NCBI GenBank assembly: GCA_903899845.1
Contig: CAIUKV010000008.1
Location: forward strand, 12,533 to 76,532
DNA length: 64,000 nucleotides
From: an uncultured Actinomycetes bacterium
Lineage (GTDB): Bacteria > Actinomycetota > Acidimicrobiia > IMCC26256 > PALSA-555
Direction of reading: 5' to 3'
Part shown: positions 62,712-64,000 of the stretch, piece after piece
Layout of the letters: the number at the start of each line of letters is the position of its first letter
How positions within the stretch are numbered: position 1 is the stretch's first letter
Translations under genes and position numbers: made by a program
The notes under the pieces: generated by a model
The model's input: the letters and a program-made list of their open reading frames with translations, nothing else
What the model was told of the DNA's origin: nothing
The model's database searches: none

Positions 62712-63866
62712 TCAGCGCTTCTTCTTCTTCTTCGAGACCCGGCGTCCCGCCTGCCCCGGCCGTTCGGCCGGGGTCGGCGTCGTGGTCCGCGTGGACCGCG
62801 TCGACCGGGTGCTCTGCTTGCGCGCCGGCGGGGTCGCCGGGCGCACCGTTGCGCCCGCCCCCGGAGGGGGCGGGGGTCGGAACAACCCGCGCAGGCCGCC
62901 GCCGCCCGTGGGAGCGATCATCGGCTTGCCGGGCGGGGCGGGCCGCGCGGCCCGGGGGGCGGGGGCCTTCCTCGGCTTCGCCGGGACCGGGGTGTCGTCG
63001 CCCGGACCGGCGTCGGACCGCTCGCGGCTGTCGGCGTCCACCACTGCGGCCGCCTTCGGTCCGGTCAGCGACTTGTGCTTCGGGTTCGCCGCCGTCCCGA
63101 TGCTCCGGAAGATGACCTCCTGCTGACCCAGTCGCCAGAGGTTGCTGACGAAGAAGTAGAGCACGAGCCCCGACGGGAAGTTCAGCGAGATGAAGCCGAA
63201 GAACACCGGCAGGATCTTGGTGACGAGGGCCATCTGCTTGTTGATGGCCGGCGTGCGCTTCTGGGCCTGGCGTGACTGCAGGTAGCCGGAGAGCATGACC
63301 AGGGCGACGAGGCCGAACCCGAGGACGCTCGCCCAGGTGGTGAGCTGGTCGGGGGCGGAGAGGGACAGGTTCATCCCGAGGAACTGCTTGGGGACGGGCA
63401 GCTGCGACCCGTACGCGCCGCCCTTCGAGCACTGGTCCACCGTGGCCAGCACGCCTGCGTCGGGTCCCCTCGGCACGGTGCACAGGGCCTTGAACAGCGA
63501 GGACGACTCGGGCACGTACTTGTACGGGTTCTGCAGCACGCGGAACAGCGCGAAGAAGATCGGCATCTGCACCAGGAGCGGCAGACAACCCGCCAGCGGG
63601 TTGATCTTGTTCTCCTGGTAGAACTTCATCATCTCTTCGTTGAGGGCCGCCCGGTCGTTCTTGTACTTGGCCTGGATGCGCTTGATCTCGGGCTGCACCA
63701 TCTGCATCCGGATCATCGACCGGGCCTGCTTGGCGGTCAGGGGGTACAGCAGTCCCATGATCGTGAAGGTCAACAGGATGATCGAGACGCCGAGGTTCGG
63801 GATCACCCCGTAGAAGATCGACAGCAACCAGCCGATCGCGTCGAGGATCGGGTTGAAGATGGCCAT
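62712..63866 (-). CDS. yidC: Membrane protein insertase YidC with a long basic C-terminal tail
   Basis: [15 protein letters not shown]..., PLAGCLPLLVQMPIFFALF, NFPSGLVLYFFVSNLW. The tail ends in KKKKKR. Confidence 0.95.
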   Translation of the reverse strand: MAIFNPILDAIGWLLSIFYGVIPNLGVSIILLTFTIMGLLYPLTAKQARSMIRMQMVQPEIKRIQAKYKNDRAALNEEMMKFYQENKINPLAGCLPLLVQMPIFFALFRVLQNPYKYVPESSSLFKALCTVPRGPDAGVLATVDQCSKGGAYGSQLPVPKQFLGMNLSLSAPDQLTTWASVLGFGLVALVMLSGYLQSRQAQKRTPAINKQMALVTKILPVFFGFISLNFPSGLVLYFFVSNLWRLGQQEVIFRSIGTAANPKHKSLTGPKAAAVVDADSRERSDAGPGDDTPVPAKPRKAPAPRAARPAPPGKPMIAPTGGGGLRGLFRPPPPPGAGATVRPATPPARKQSTRSTRSTRTTTPTPAERPGQAGRRVSKKKKKR

Positions 63867-64000
63867 CAGACGCCTTCACTCGGACGGGCCCCGACCGGGG
63901 CGGGATGCGAACGTGTGTTCGGTTCCGGGACGGGGTCGATCCCGCCCGGATGCCACGGGTGGCAGCGGCCGACCCGCCGGACGGTCAGCCACGAGCCCCG
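63866..64000 (-). CDS. yidD: Membrane protein insertion efficiency factor YidD, C-terminal part (the gene runs off the right edge)
   Basis: My own translation of the minus strand gives ...[27 protein letters not shown]...*. The TGA stop overlaps the yidC ATG by 1 nt. Confidence 0.75.
   Translation of the reverse strand, partial: RGSWLTVRRVGRCHPWHPGGIDPVPEPNTRSHPAPVGARPSEGV

Overview
This window is a very high-GC (over 70% by eye) stretch of an Actinomycetota chromosome. The right half is the conserved origin-proximal block. On the minus strand it runs yidD-yidC-jag-rsmG-parA-parB. On the plus strand it runs cwlM, trxA, trxB, a Ser/Thr kinase, degV, murJ and an Rv3909-like protein. It also holds cca, ino1 with padR, panB, and rpsF-ssb-rpsR-rplI-dnaB. 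The gene order mirrors M. tuberculosis Rv3907c-Rv3921c, so oriC probably lies just beyond the right edge. The left half is metabolic and accessory. It contains a hexuronate pathway (uxaA' / uxaC, reductase, eda, kdgK, plus a GH79 glucuronidase-like gene). It also has two thiolase-like Ltp + DUF35 modules with a fused double-hotdog hydratase, several amidohydrolases, and a CoA-ester (steroid-like) cluster. Further genes include lnt, nucS, chrA, MFS transporters and a sulfotransferase. I found no rRNA, tRNA or CRISPR. Many genes are linked by 1- or 4-nt start/stop overlaps (TGATG, ATGA, GTGA). The items most worth a second look:
- A ubiquitin-sized protein ending in PVAGG, with an unknown 195-aa partner.
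- A Cre-like tyrosine recombinase translationally coupled to an in-frame mosaic ORF (acyl-CoA dehydrogenase N-terminus fused to amidohydrolase fragments).
- A dense cluster of TTGTCCACA-type DnaA boxes between rplI and dnaB.
- Two symmetric variant parS palindromes upstream of parA.
- A MurJ / active-kinase arrangement split by degV.
- Several palindromic operator candidates.
All calls come from reading the ORF translations and the DNA by eye. No database search was run.
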